The notes: a model not told the origin generated them from the letters alone. A stretch of 64,000 nt of DNA from Rickettsiales bacterium (GCA_021156175.1 JAJNBL010000003.1:181995-245994); one strand, 5' to 3'; shown: positions 26,244-35,971, numbered from the stretch's first letter. Translations and numbers: made by a program.

Positions 26244-27176
26244 ATGACGAACATCAGATGGTATTTGGCATCTTCCGTAACGCAGGCATTCTGTGTTCTG
26301 TGGGCATTTTCTTTTTGCGCTACGCCGAGTGCAGAGGCAGCCCTCTCAAACAAGGCTGATCCCCATATCCTCTCCACTCGGCATTCACCTGAATATGAAC
26401 TCGTAGTACCCATTAGTTCCCTTGCTCCCGCGCATAAAGATTCCCTTCCTTCTTCAACGATGGAAAATGGGGATGATATAGCGCTTGAGGTGGGCGATCA
26501 GATGGATATCCCTAAGACGCAGTCACGTAGCAAAACCAAACGCACATCATCCCATGAGCCATCGCATCGCAGGATTCGCGAAGGGGCAGAAGATGATACC
26601 TTCACCCCACCGCAAGAGGATTTCATGCCGCCAGAATCGGGAAAAGGGCTTCCTGCAAAAACAAACTTCCAGCGCCGTGCCTATATACGAACGATGTATA
26701 ACAGCGCGGCCATGCAGGATGGTCGGCGGATTGAAATTCAACTTGACCAGGCACAAACCGCGCATGCACGCGTGATTGAAAAAGATGGAACAAAAACTTT
26801 AGTGCCGGATGGCCATTATGAAATCCATAATGGCCAGTTACGGCGCTTACAGAATAATAATTTTGAATTGCGTGACGATACCAGCATTCTGCTATCGGTT
26901 TATAAAGGGCAAGTGATCAACTATCTGCCGCGCATCGCTGTGGTAGCCGGTGAGTTTGAAAACTTCTTTGTGCCAGAACCGGAGCCTCAAGCGGCTCCAG
27001 TTCCTCCGTCTGCACCAGCTGCTGCACCCGTAACGCCAGAGACTCCCGAAACCAAAGCAGGGGAAGGAAGTATTACTCCTACAAGTGATACGACGAGCCC
27101 TGCCGCTGTGACGAAGTCTCCCGTCCCCTCACCGCACCCTGCGCCTTCCGCACCACCTCCCTATCCACAGCGCTAG
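26244..27176 (+). CDS. Secreted hypothetical protein with a Pro-rich C-terminus
   Basis: It has an N-terminal hydrophobic signal-like segment ending ..PSAEA. The C-terminus PVPPSAPAAAPVTPETPE...SAPPPYPQR contains a PPxY-like motif. The last 98 bp overlap 27079..27858(-). Confidence 0.5.
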   Translation: MTNIRWYLASSVTQAFCVLWAFSFCATPSAEAALSNKADPHILSTRHSPEYELVVPISSLAPAHKDSLPSSTMENGDDIALEVGDQMDIPKTQSRSKTKRTSSHEPSHRRIREGAEDDTFTPPQEDFMPPESGKGLPAKTNFQRRAYIRTMYNSAAMQDGRRIEIQLDQAQTAHARVIEKDGTKTLVPDGHYEIHNGQLRRLQNNNFELRDDTSILLSVYKGQVINYLPRIAVVAGEFENFFVPEPEPQAAPVPPSAPAAAPVTPETPETKAGEGSITPTSDTTSPAAVTKSPVPSPHPAPSAPPPYPQR

Positions 27177-27858
27177 GCAGATTTTCAGGAGCATTCGAGC
27201 TTAAAGTAGGCCTCTGTAACAAGACAGAATTCGGCACAAACGACATTGCAAAACCTCCCCCATTTTCAGGAGCCCACACGCCTCTTTGAAGCGAAACCGG
27301 AGCAGAAGTAGGGAATGCCTGCGAAGGAGTCCGCGTTTCTTGCGTATTTGTTCTAGAAGTCGCTAGCCTTCCAGAAGAAGAAACAGGGATAGAGAGAGTT
27401 GCCGATTTCAACTGAGATGAATTAGCTGTATTCAATACGGGAACTTCGCCAACAGGCGGAAAATCTTCTTCAGAAGAAGAGCTACTCTCTTGATTCGGTG
27501 CTGAAGAAGAAGTGATATATCTCTCTCTGCGTTCCCTTGGAATCTCTTTTGGCCTTCCGATGATTATTTTTTCAGCTTGTGATCCTGAATATATTTCTTT
27601 CCACTTTTCTGCGCTTCCTACCTCTTTATCTTCTTCCTCCGATAAATCGTAATCTTCAACGGGTGGTACCCATCTTCTCGTAGGAATTGGTACAGAAGAG
27701 GAGAGTGTAGGACTATTAGCTATTTGAGGTGCAGAATTATCATCACTAACTTCAAGCTCATCATCAGAAACGTCTTTTTCTTCCTTTAGCTTATCCATCT
27801 GAAAAAAATCCTGCTCAAAGTCTTCATCAAATACATCATTAAACGACTCATCACTCAT
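27079..27858 (-). CDS. Acidic/Ser-rich low-complexity hypothetical protein
   Basis: The ATG at 27858 (MSDESFNDVFDEDFEQDFF) has a GAGAGG SD; the track ORF extends to 27972. It looks disordered, and no family was recognised. Confidence 0.5.
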   Translation of the reverse strand: MSDESFNDVFDEDFEQDFFQMDKLKEEKDVSDDELEVSDDNSAPQIANSPTLSSSVPIPTRRWVPPVEDYDLSEEEDKEVGSAEKWKEIYSGSQAEKIIIGRPKEIPRERRERYITSSSAPNQESSSSSEEDFPPVGEVPVLNTANSSQLKSATLSIPVSSSGRLATSRTNTQETRTPSQAFPTSAPVSLQRGVWAPENGGGFAMSFVPNSVLLQRPTLSSNAPENLPSAVDREVVRKAQGAVRGRETSSQRQGSSYHL

Positions 27859-28029
27859 ATGACCTCTCTTTATCATCTTAATAAATGGCGGAATTCTGCC
27901 ATTTATTAAAACCACTTCACCATTCTTGTCAATAACATAAAGTTTTACACCATAAAAGCGTATAAACCCCATACGTTATTAACAATAATATGCTACAATG
28001 AAGTTACAAAAGAGGGAAAAGCACCGATT

Positions 28030-28746
28030 ATGCTCGTGAGTGTTGATGCGAAATATAATGTGATGCGGATGAAAGAACGCGTCTTGTTTGATAGCTTCCT
28101 GACCCTGCGCTACCCCGCTCTCACCGATATCGAAACCTTCTACCGTGTCATACAATCCGATGCTGCATTTTCGCGATATTATTATCAGCATGCCCAAGAA
28201 GAGACGCTTCCTGATGCTCAACCTTCTTATACTCTCGAGCTTCATTTCCCGCGCTTAACACCGCCGCGCAAAGGCTATGCGGAACTCATCGAATTATGCC
28301 GAAAATATGGTTATAGCCACGAGGCGGATCAGCTGACCCAGCTTCATGATGCGTTTGTGACCTGCAAGGTCAAAGCCCAGCTAAACCGTGAAAAACAGGG
28401 CATTACCCTAGAGTGCGATTCCGATCAAACTGCTGCCATTATCCTTGAAGAGCTTGAGCATGGCAGACGTTATAAAGCAGAAACAGGGCTTCTGGGGTTG
28501 GTCACTATTCACCCGCGGCAGCATGTAAAAAATTCTATTGATACTCTGCCGGAGCACACAGTATTTGGCCGTAGGTGGTCTTCCTATGACAGTCTGGAGG
28601 ACCTCATCAGCCATCTTCGCGAAATGCATTATCGTCATTTTCGCGAAGGTACAAGCATTCCCGCCATCGTCAAACTGATTGCAGCGCTTTATCGGCTTGA
28701 GAAGGCTCTAGAACAGGATGAAATCGGCCGAGTGGAAGAAGAATAA
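28030..28746 (+). CDS. Hypothetical protein (238 aa)
   Basis: Intact ORF with a non-repetitive, globular-looking sequence. No family recognised, and the start is uncertain. Confidence 0.5.
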   Translation: MLVSVDAKYNVMRMKERVLFDSFLTLRYPALTDIETFYRVIQSDAAFSRYYYQHAQEETLPDAQPSYTLELHFPRLTPPRKGYAELIELCRKYGYSHEADQLTQLHDAFVTCKVKAQLNREKQGITLECDSDQTAAIILEELEHGRRYKAETGLLGLVTIHPRQHVKNSIDTLPEHTVFGRRWSSYDSLEDLISHLREMHYRHFREGTSIPAIVKLIAALYRLEKALEQDEIGRVEEE

Positions 28747-28756
28747 AGCATCTCGC

Positions 28757-29296
28757 TTATCGCTCTCTTGACTGTGCTGGTCCTGCTTTTCCATCTGTTT
28801 GAGGTGGAGTTATACCCAAAGCGTCTTTATGGTGCGATGCTCCTGCCTGCTTTAAGACTCTCGCCTCTTTCATCGCTTCTGTAATTTTAGGCAACGCCTT
28901 CGGAGCAGATTTTTTCGCTTCACGTTCCAATACCGTTTCTGCTTCTACTTTCTTAGCGAGCATGGGTGCTGGACGAGTTGGTTTTGTTATTGCCTCTTTT
29001 TCCCTCTCAACAGGAGTAGGCAACGGCTTGGAAGTGGATTGCTCGACTTTCGTTCCTGAGAACACGGGTACTGGACGCGTGGGTTTTGCGGGTTCCTGCT
29101 TTTCTAATGCCTCTCTTCGCATTTGAGCACTTTCGCGTGTCTCAAAAAATGCAGCAGGCCTGCCATTGAAAGACTCTATGTATTGCTTTTGCCGTGCTGC
29201 GGCGATTGGGTCATCTTTTTTCAAGCCCAAAGAATCGCTCACGTCTTTCGCAAAGGATTTCATCTTATCCCATAAGTTACCCAAGGATATTGCCAT
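28757..29296 (-). CDS. K/E/P-rich hypothetical protein, second gene after the portal gene
   Basis: KPTRPVP / KPTRPAP repeats and a KALPKITEAMKEA block shared with 29299..29943. The C-terminus is ..GPAQSRER. Confidence 0.55.
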   Translation of the reverse strand: MAISLGNLWDKMKSFAKDVSDSLGLKKDDPIAAARQKQYIESFNGRPAAFFETRESAQMRREALEKQEPAKPTRPVPVFSGTKVEQSTSKPLPTPVEREKEAITKPTRPAPMLAKKVEAETVLEREAKKSAPKALPKITEAMKEARVLKQAGASHHKDALGITPPQTDGKAGPAQSRER

Positions 29297-29298
29297 AA

Positions 29299-29943
29299 TT
29301 AGGGTGCGGATCTCCCGCCTCCCTTCTCTTGATTGGCCTGTGGAGTCCCTTGTGACGGAACGTTTCCTCCTTTCTCAGGAATCTGATCGGCACGTACTCC
29401 TGCTTTGGAGAGTTTCTCGATTTGCTTTTGCATCTCAGGAGCCATCCCCTCAGGAAGGGCTTTAGGCGCTTTTTCCTTATCGGTTGCCATGATTTCTTCG
29501 CGCTCAGGCCCCGCTTTCTCTTTACCCTTCTTATCGGACAAGTTTACCCGATCCATCTCACTGCCTTTTTGGGCAGATTCACGTTCTTTAATAGCAAATT
29601 CGCGCTCTGGGCTTGCACCACGCTCAACGACAGAAACCTTGCCTTTATCTACATCTTTGGCAACTTCACGACGCTCTATTTCGAGCTTCGTAGGATCGAT
29701 TTCAGTCGATTTCTCTGGCTTGCGTTCTTTTTCTTCGGGGATAGCAAAGCCAGCTTTCGCTTCTTTGAGGAACTGTTTATCATCCAGCGCCCGCAGCGCT
29801 TCTTTCTTTTGGGCTTGTTCACTAAGGTCAGCTTTAAGGGGGCGAACATCCAGCGAGCTCGCCATTTCTTTTTCAGCTTCTTTATCGTCACCGCCAGTGA
29901 TGCGAGTAACAAGTCGAGAAAAACGCGAAAGGTCTAATGCCAT
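29299..29943 (-). CDS. K/E-rich hypothetical protein directly downstream of the portal gene
   Basis: 214 aa and highly charged. It has a KAPKALPEGMAPEMQKQIEKLSKAG block similar to its neighbour. A 2-bp gap to 28757..29296 suggests an operon. Confidence 0.55.
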   Translation of the reverse strand: MALDLSRFSRLVTRITGGDDKEAEKEMASSLDVRPLKADLSEQAQKKEALRALDDKQFLKEAKAGFAIPEEKERKPEKSTEIDPTKLEIERREVAKDVDKGKVSVVERGASPEREFAIKERESAQKGSEMDRVNLSDKKGKEKAGPEREEIMATDKEKAPKALPEGMAPEMQKQIEKLSKAGVRADQIPEKGGNVPSQGTPQANQEKGGGRSAP

Positions 29944-30031
29944 GGACTGCCCTACTGTTTAAGATTAGGATAGAGAACCACTAGGCTTTTAGAATAACAT
30001 GAATATATTAATAATTCAATACATTCTCCTT

Positions 30032-31282
30032 TTAGATTACGCTTATCCCCTCCCCCTCCTCTAGCGGAGACAACCCCAGCATCTGCCGTTTCTCATTTAC
30101 TGTCAGGAAGCTACTTGACTCAATCATGTTCCACATATTCTCACGCTTTGGTAGCAAAGCAGAGATGGAATCACTATCGTAAGATAACTTCAGCCCCTCC
30201 TCCTTATACATCGGCACAAGCCAGTTATTCATGGCATCAAGGACATGATCCAGGAGTGGAAGGATCGTCTGCTCCCACAATGCAAGCCGCGCTTCAGCCA
30301 TATTCTGATATTTATTATCCCCTGGAATTCCAAGGAGTTGTGGAGGAACACCAAATGCCAAGGCAATATCCCGTGCGGCGCTATGCTTCATCTCGATGAA
30401 ATCCATATCTTTGGGGCTTAAGCTCATCTCCTTCCATTCCAAACCGCCCTCTAAGAGTAGAGGCCGTCCTGCTCGAATAGCACCGCTATAGCTCTCATCG
30501 AGGTTGTTTTTTAGGCGTTGGAATTGCTCTTCGGTTAAGCGACCGCCTAGGCCTTCCTTATCCTCTTTAACAATTAAAGCCCCGCTGGGGCGGGCACCGT
30601 TCTGGAGCAATGACTGGTTCCAGGCGCCAGCTTGATTATGCTGGTCGATGGCATAGGCGGCTGCCTCGATTGGGGATAGCCCATACCAGTCATTTAAGGG
30701 GTGGAAGTGCTTCACGTGCAGGATACGGCTTTGGCCCGTTAGGGGGTGGGTTGGGAAATCCCACGATTGTTTCCCCACCGTATAACGGTATCCACGGGCC
30801 AAGCAGGTTGGACCTGCGATCACTTCCACCCGATCAGGACGTAAGTTGTGAAGCTCCATCGGTGCCTCGCCCTCAGGGCCCACCGCCTGGACGAAGGCGT
30901 TACCGCTTATCAACCGATGCGCCAAGAGGGTGTGGAAGAACTCCGCACCTCCCATTGTGGGATTTGGCTTAGAAAGCAGGGTTAGCAGCGGATGCTGGCG
31001 GATTTCGGTCTTGCCGATTTCATCCAGGCGGTGTAACTGTAAATCAACGGAGGCCGCTCCTTCCACGATCATGGAGATGGAACGGTACGCGATCACATTG
31101 CGTGTAAAAGCTTCATCAGCGAATTGGCGGTATTCCCGTGGCATCCAAACCGGTTTTCCTGGCGTTTGGACATAGGTTTGAGTGGCACTGCCAAACTGCT
31201 GGTAGAATTCCGGAATGGATTTTTTATGTAGAGTAGGATTTACTTTACGACGTAACAATTGCTGCAGGAATGACCGAGCCAT
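30032..31282 (-). CDS. HK97-family phage portal protein (RcGTA g3-like)
   Basis: 416 aa. Size and layout are typical of TIGR01537-type portals (..NVIAYRSISMIVEGAASVDLQLH.., ..GNAFVQ.., ..LSPKDMDFIE..). Confidence 0.9.
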   Translation of the reverse strand: MARSFLQQLLRRKVNPTLHKKSIPEFYQQFGSATQTYVQTPGKPVWMPREYRQFADEAFTRNVIAYRSISMIVEGAASVDLQLHRLDEIGKTEIRQHPLLTLLSKPNPTMGGAEFFHTLLAHRLISGNAFVQAVGPEGEAPMELHNLRPDRVEVIAGPTCLARGYRYTVGKQSWDFPTHPLTGQSRILHVKHFHPLNDWYGLSPIEAAAYAIDQHNQAGAWNQSLLQNGARPSGALIVKEDKEGLGGRLTEEQFQRLKNNLDESYSGAIRAGRPLLLEGGLEWKEMSLSPKDMDFIEMKHSAARDIALAFGVPPQLLGIPGDNKYQNMAEARLALWEQTILPLLDHVLDAMNNWLVPMYKEEGLKLSYDSDSISALLPKRENMWNMIESSSFLTVNEKRQMLGLSPLEEGEGISVI

Positions 31283-31429
31283 AGCTTTTCCTTAACCTTT
31301 GATTAATAACAATATTAAAAAGTAATACTTTTGTCTCGACAAGGAGGGCGAAATGGTTTATATTCCTAATCCGATCGAAGAAATTAAATTTCGATAGAAA
31401 TAGAAATAATAACGTGTTATACAGCGGAT

Positions 31430-31996
31430 ATGGTTGGTTTTTCGAACTCATCACTGGAATACAAAGATAGCGCAGATGATCGCATCGCATATCTTAATAG
31501 CACCTATCGTCCGGTATTAGATAAAGCAACCGAAGGCCGCCTTACTTGGGAATTGGATCTTACCCAAGATGTAGAGCGCTTTACTGCAAGCTTTAAAAAT
31601 CCTCAGAAACTCTCTGCACATTTAAACAAATTCTTCTCTATTCCCTCTGAGACCCAACGGGGCGTACAAGAAACAGGAAATACCGTTTCTGTGATTGTTC
31701 CTCTTTTAGCAGCCATTGTCACCCGGTTTAAAACTACCGAAGAAGGCAAAAAATTCTTAGAAGAAGCTGCACGTGAATATCCTGTACTCATGGAAGCTGT
31801 TCGCCGCGCGGCAGTTTCTCATGCTAACGAGCCTGATGCTTTAAAAAATATTGATCTCTCTGCGATTGATTTAAATGGCGTAAGCTTGGAAGGTGCTGTG
31901 GATGGAACGACACCTGCTTCTTTCTGGCCATCCCAAAGCCTTGCTCGCACTACAAATCCTGCTGCTTCGAAGAAGCCTGCCGATATCGAAATCTAA
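31430..31996 (+). CDS. Hypothetical protein (188 aa)
   Basis: Intact ORF followed by a hairpin plus T8. No family recognised. Confidence 0.5.
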   Translation: MVGFSNSSLEYKDSADDRIAYLNSTYRPVLDKATEGRLTWELDLTQDVERFTASFKNPQKLSAHLNKFFSIPSETQRGVQETGNTVSVIVPLLAAIVTRFKTTEEGKKFLEEAAREYPVLMEAVRRAAVSHANEPDALKNIDLSAIDLNGVSLEGAVDGTTPASFWPSQSLARTTNPAASKKPADIEI

Positions 31997-32008
31997 TTTC
32001 CTTACACC

Positions 32009-32079
32009 ACTTCCACGCTACATTTATAACACTAACACACACGCTATAGTCGTGGAAGTCACTTTCTGTAATTTTTTTT
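32009..32079 (+). terminator. Hairpin plus T-run after 31430..31996
   Basis: acttccacg (32009-32017) pairs with cgtggaagt (32051-32059), and T8 lies at 32072-32079. The loop is long, so this is only a moderate terminator candidate. Confidence 0.45.
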
Positions 32080-32164
32080 CAGATAATAACTTTTCCTAGA
32101 AGACTTGCACTAAATCCGGGATTTTGTTACTTTCTGTAACGAACATACTTCTCGAGGATTTTCC

Positions 32165-33073
32165 ATGAGCCCAACGCCCAAAACCACTTCGCAAGCCCAC
32201 ATTATCGATGGAAAAGCGTTCGCGGCCAATTTACGCGAAAAGATTGCAGCGCAAGTGGATGCGCTAAAGGAAAAACATGGCGTCACGCCGGGGTTAGCAG
32301 TCGTATTAGTCGGCGAAGATCCTGCAAGCCAAGTCTATGTAAGAAATAAAGGAAAGCAGACGGTGGAAGCCGGCATGCGTTCGTTTGAATTCACCTTGCC
32401 TGCAAGCACTACGCAAGAAGCGTTGATTGCGAAGGTCGAAGAACTGAATCAAAACCCAGAAGTGCATGGAATATTGGTGCAACTTCCCCTACCCCGTCAT
32501 ATCGAAGAGGCAGCCGTCATTAATGCCGTATCGCCGGAAAAAGATGTGGATGGCTTCCATGTTATAAACGTGGGCCGGCTTGCGACAGGCCAGGACTCCC
32601 TTATTTCCTGTACACCGCTTGGCTGTTTGCTGTTACTCAAAGATACGCTGAAAGATTTATCCGGCCTCAAAGCGCTGGTGATTGGCCGCTCCAACATTGT
32701 TGGAAAGCCGATGGCAAGCTTGCTTCTTGCCGAGAGCTGCACCGTCACGATTGCTCATTCGCGGACAAAAGATATCGCCGAGGAATGCCGCAAAGCGGAC
32801 ATTATCGTAGCAGCCGTTGGAAAGCCTGAGTTCGTCAAAGGCGCCTGGATTAAACCTGGCGCTACCGTGATTGATGTCGGTATTAACCGCATTACCGGAA
32901 AAGACGGCAAGCCTGTGTTAGTCGGCGATGTGGAATTTGAAACGGCACGCGAAGTTGCGGGCGCGATCACTCCTGTTCCTGGCGGCGTTGGCCCGATGAC
33001 CATTGCCTGCTTGTTAAAAAATACGCTCACTGCGGCATGCAGGCAGCATAATATTACTGTTCCTAACCTTTAA
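32165..33073 (+). CDS. folD: Bifunctional methylenetetrahydrofolate dehydrogenase/cyclohydrolase
   Basis: IIDGKAFA...[21 protein letters not shown]...ILVQLPLP...DVDGFH..N.G.L...GRSNIVGKP...VGPMT. Confidence 0.95.
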   Translation: MSPTPKTTSQAHIIDGKAFAANLREKIAAQVDALKEKHGVTPGLAVVLVGEDPASQVYVRNKGKQTVEAGMRSFEFTLPASTTQEALIAKVEELNQNPEVHGILVQLPLPRHIEEAAVINAVSPEKDVDGFHVINVGRLATGQDSLISCTPLGCLLLLKDTLKDLSGLKALVIGRSNIVGKPMASLLLAESCTVTIAHSRTKDIAEECRKADIIVAAVGKPEFVKGAWIKPGATVIDVGINRITGKDGKPVLVGDVEFETAREVAGAITPVPGGVGPMTIACLLKNTLTAACRQHNITVPNL

Positions 33074-33086
33074 TTGGAGAAGCTTT

Positions 33087-33323
33087 ATGTCCACATCCAC
33101 ATTTCAAAAAGAAGCAGAAACGATTCTCCGAATCCTTAAAGAAGGCGGCTGCAAGAACCAAGCAACGGGACTTTCTCCCGTTAAACTCGTTGCCCGTTGT
33201 CGCGCACATGGCGTAACCGATGAAGCGCGGATTGAAGAGTGTCTGATGGAGCTCATCGACGAAGATAAAATCGAATATGAGATGGATGCGAAGGCGAAAG
33301 TGACTGAGTTTTGGTTGCTGTAG
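33087..33323 (+). CDS. Small hypothetical protein (78 aa), tightly linked to folD
   Basis: It starts 13 bp after the folD stop. No family recognised. Confidence 0.5.
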   Translation: MSTSTFQKEAETILRILKEGGCKNQATGLSPVKLVARCRAHGVTDEARIEECLMELIDEDKIEYEMDAKAKVTEFWLL

Positions 33324-33333
33324 CCTATTTCGA

Positions 33334-33464
33334 CATTGGATCCCCGCCTACACGAGGATGACGACCTTTTCCAGTCGTTCTATCTCTATCTTACAGTAGT
33401 CATCCAAAGTAGTCTAAAATAAAGACCAGCATTGTCATTCCCGTGTAGACGGGAATCCATTGCC
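33334..33464. repeat. Cluster of family A half-units (right-type half, truncated fragment, left-type half)
   Basis: Three pieces: cattggatccccgcctacacgaggatgacgacc (33334..33366); agtagtcatcc fragment (about 33395); gtcattcccgtgtagacgggaatccattgcc (33434..33464), preceded by aaataaagacca as in family B ends. Confidence 0.8.
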
Positions 33465-33493
33465 TATAATCCTTGTGCTAAACTAAGCAAGCC

Positions 33494-35971
33494 TTACGTA
33501 TTAAGGAACCCGCGCAGCTTCCGCGACCGGCTCGGATGCTTCAGCTTCCTAAGTGCTTTCGCTTCAATCTGACGGATACGTTCCCGTGTTACTGAGAATT
33601 GCTTGCCCACTTCTTCCAGCGTATGGTCGGTGTTCATACCGATACCAAAGCGCATACGGAGCACCCGCTCTTCGCGTGGCGTTAAGCTTGCCAAAACCCG
33701 TGTCGTGACTTCGCGCAAATTCGAACGGATCGCAGCATCAAGCGGCTGAACCGCGTTTTTATCTTCGATAAAGTCACCGAGATAACTGCCGTCATCGTCA
33801 CCGATTGGACTTTCTAAGCTCACCGGCTCTTTGGCGATTTTCATCACCTTACGAACTTTATCCAAGCCCATAGAGAGACGCTGTGCAAGCTCCTCAGGCG
33901 TTGGTTCACGGCCCATTTCATGCACCATCTGGCGCGAGGTGCGGATGATTTTATTGATCGTTTCAATCATATGGACAGGAATACGGATCGTCCGAGCCTG
34001 GTCCGCGATTGAGCGCGTAATAGCCTGACGAATCCACCAGGTCGCATAGGTTGAGAATTTATAACCGCGGCGGTATTCGAACTTATCCACCGCTTTCATC
34101 AAGCCGATATTTCCTTCCTGAATCAAATCCAGGAACTGCAAGCCACGGTTTGCGTATTTCTTCGCGATCGAAATCACCAGACGCAAGTTCGCCTCGATCA
34201 TTTCCTTCTTCGCACGGCTGGCGCTACGCTCGCCTTTTTGCACGGTGTTTACAAGTTCCTTAAACTCTGTGATCCCAATGCTCACTTCCTGGGCAATAGT
34301 CGCCACTTCTGCGCGTATGCGTTCGATCTCTTCTTTGCTTTCTGTTGCAAATTCTTTCCAGCCTTTAGTGCGAAGCTTGCCAACGGTCGACAGCCATTCC
34401 GGATTTAATTCATGACCAATATATTCATCGAGGAAGGCTTTGCGCGGAACTTTTTTCGACTCAGCCAAGCGGAGTAATTGCCCTTCCACCCCAATCAAGC
34501 GGCGGTTGGTTTCATAAAGCTCTTCCATAATCAATTCGATGCATTGCTCACTTAAGCGCAAATGCTGATTGATTAAGGCAACGACTTCCTGCTTTGCTTG
34601 CTCATAGTCTTTTTCCATCTTCGGAGCAGCGTTAGCGCCCGCCAATGAAAGAGCAAGACGTTTTTCCTGGAGACGCGTAATTTTTTCACAAATTCCTGCG
34701 ATTTGCTCAAGTATCTCCATTACTTTTGGACGGAGAGCTTCCTCCATAGCCGAAAGGGTGATGGTGTTATCGTAATCGCTATTGCTTTCATCTTCATCGT
34801 CAGGATCTTTGGCTTCTTCTTTGTCCGAGCCTTCTTCATCATCTTCCGCGCCTGCGCCGAACTCTTCTTCATCATCCTCGAAGAAGTCATCCTCATCATC
34901 GCCTTTCTTGGCTTTGACTTCCTCCTCTTCAACGCGTTTCTTTTTAGGGGCAACCAGTGCCGTTACCGCCGATACGACCAAAGAAGAAGTATCGAAATCC
35001 TCGCCAAAGGCCAAACGGTAGGTTGCATCAAGATCAATGACATCGCGAAGCAATAATTCTTCATTCACGAGATCGTTATACCAGTTGATGAAAGCTCTGA
35101 CCGCAATAGGGCTGGTGCAGAGCGCTGTGATCATCTTCTCGCGGCCTTCTTCGATCCGCTTTGCGATCGCTATTTCGCCTTCGCGGGAGAGAAGCTCAAC
35201 ATTCCCCATCTCGCGTAAATACATACGCACAGGGTCATCGGTACGGCCAAGATCCGTATCATCCGAAGCCGCTTCTTCCTCAACTTCCTCTTCCTCAATC
35301 TCTACACCGGCCGTGAGATCATCCGCATCATCAATCTCTTCTTCGGATTCAATCATGTTGATTCCGGCTTCAGAGAGCGCAGCAATCGCCGACTCCAACT
35401 GATCAGGCGTGGCATGGTCTTTCGGTAGGGCACGGTTTAATTCATCATACGTCAAGAAGCCCTGCTTCTTTCCACGAGGAAGAAGCTTTTTAATGGCCTG
35501 GAGCATTGCATCAGAAAGCGCATCATGGTCTTTCTTTTTCTTTGAATCTGAACGTTTCGGTGCAGATGCTTTTACAGGCGCAGCCTTCACCGCTTTAGCT
35601 GGTTCTGCGGGCTTTTCTACTTTTTCAGGTTTCTTTAGTTTTTCAGCCTTTGTGGGTTTTTCTACTTTAGTAGGTTTTTCAACCTTTACTGCCTTAGTTG
35701 GTTTGGTTGGCTTACTTGGCTTTTTTTCCACTTTCTTTGCTTTCTCGACTTTGGTTGGCTTCGTAACTTTTGCTGATTTCGTTGGTTTTATTGGTTTGAT
35801 TGATGTTTTCGGCTTCGCGGGCTTTGCTACTTTTTTCTGTATTTTCTTTTCTATCTTTTTGGGCTTCTCCACTTTCTTTGCCTTCACTACTTTTACAGGC
35901 GATACCTTACCTTTTACAGGTTTAGACTTGGAAGGTTTTTTGGTAGGTTTAGTGGATTTTTTGCTTGCCAT
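33494..35971 (-). CDS. rpoD: RNA polymerase sigma factor RpoD with a Lys-rich N-terminal extension of about 150 aa
   Basis: Regions 2-4 are classical: [48 protein letters not shown] and [25 protein letters not shown]. The ATG at 35971 gives [22 protein letters not shown]... There is a 70-bp gap to the dnaG stop. Confidence 0.9.
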   Translation of the reverse strand: MASKKSTKPTKKPSKSKPVKGKVSPVKVVKAKKVEKPKKIEKKIQKKVAKPAKPKTSIKPIKPTKSAKVTKPTKVEKAKKVEKKPSKPTKPTKAVKVEKPTKVEKPTKAEKLKKPEKVEKPAEPAKAVKAAPVKASAPKRSDSKKKKDHDALSDAMLQAIKKLLPRGKKQGFLTYDELNRALPKDHATPDQLESAIAALSEAGINMIESEEEIDDADDLTAGVEIEEEEVEEEAASDDTDLGRTDDPVRMYLREMGNVELLSREGEIAIAKRIEEGREKMITALCTSPIAVRAFINWYNDLVNEELLLRDVIDLDATYRLAFGEDFDTSSLVVSAVTALVAPKKKRVEEEEVKAKKGDDEDDFFEDDEEEFGAGAEDDEEGSDKEEAKDPDDEDESNSDYDNTITLSAMEEALRPKVMEILEQIAGICEKITRLQEKRLALSLAGANAAPKMEKDYEQAKQEVVALINQHLRLSEQCIELIMEELYETNRRLIGVEGQLLRLAESKKVPRKAFLDEYIGHELNPEWLSTVGKLRTKGWKEFATESKEEIERIRAEVATIAQEVSIGITEFKELVNTVQKGERSASRAKKEMIEANLRLVISIAKKYANRGLQFLDLIQEGNIGLMKAVDKFEYRRGYKFSTYATWWIRQAITRSIADQARTIRIPVHMIETINKIIRTSRQMVHEMGREPTPEELAQRLSMGLDKVRKVMKIAKEPVSLESPIGDDDGSYLGDFIEDKNAVQPLDAAIRSNLREVTTRVLASLTPREERVLRMRFGIGMNTDHTLEEVGKQFSVTRERIRQIEAKALRKLKHPSRSRKLRGFLNT

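Noticed and set aside
29405-29962. Two + strand ORFs (185 and 171 aa) opposite 29299..29943
   Set aside because: They are antisense shadows of a K/E-rich gene. The minus-strand frame is preferred because it is in operon-like spacing with the portal gene and has a paralog next to it. Confidence in that choice is only moderate.
1009-31282. Interpretation as an intact inducible prophage
   Set aside because: There are no integrase, repressor, replication or terminase genes and no att-flanked contiguous block. Chromosomal housekeeping genes (recO, cysQ) lie within it. A domesticated GTA-like set fits better.
31341-31397. 14-codon mini-ORF (MVYIPNPIEEIKFR) with a perfect AAGGAGGG SD upstream of 31430..31996
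   Set aside because: The SD is striking, but the ORF is very short, is in a different frame from the downstream gene, and has no recognisable leader-peptide logic. There is insufficient evidence to call it.
31997-32164. Possible ZTP/pfl or other riboswitch upstream of folD; the direct 11-mer actttctgtaa at about 32061 and 32129
   Set aside because: I could not find the conserved ZTP core (GGGUCGUGA / CCGCCUGGGC-like). The first hairpin is better explained as the terminator of 31430..31996. The 11-mer repeat is noted, but it is too short to interpret.
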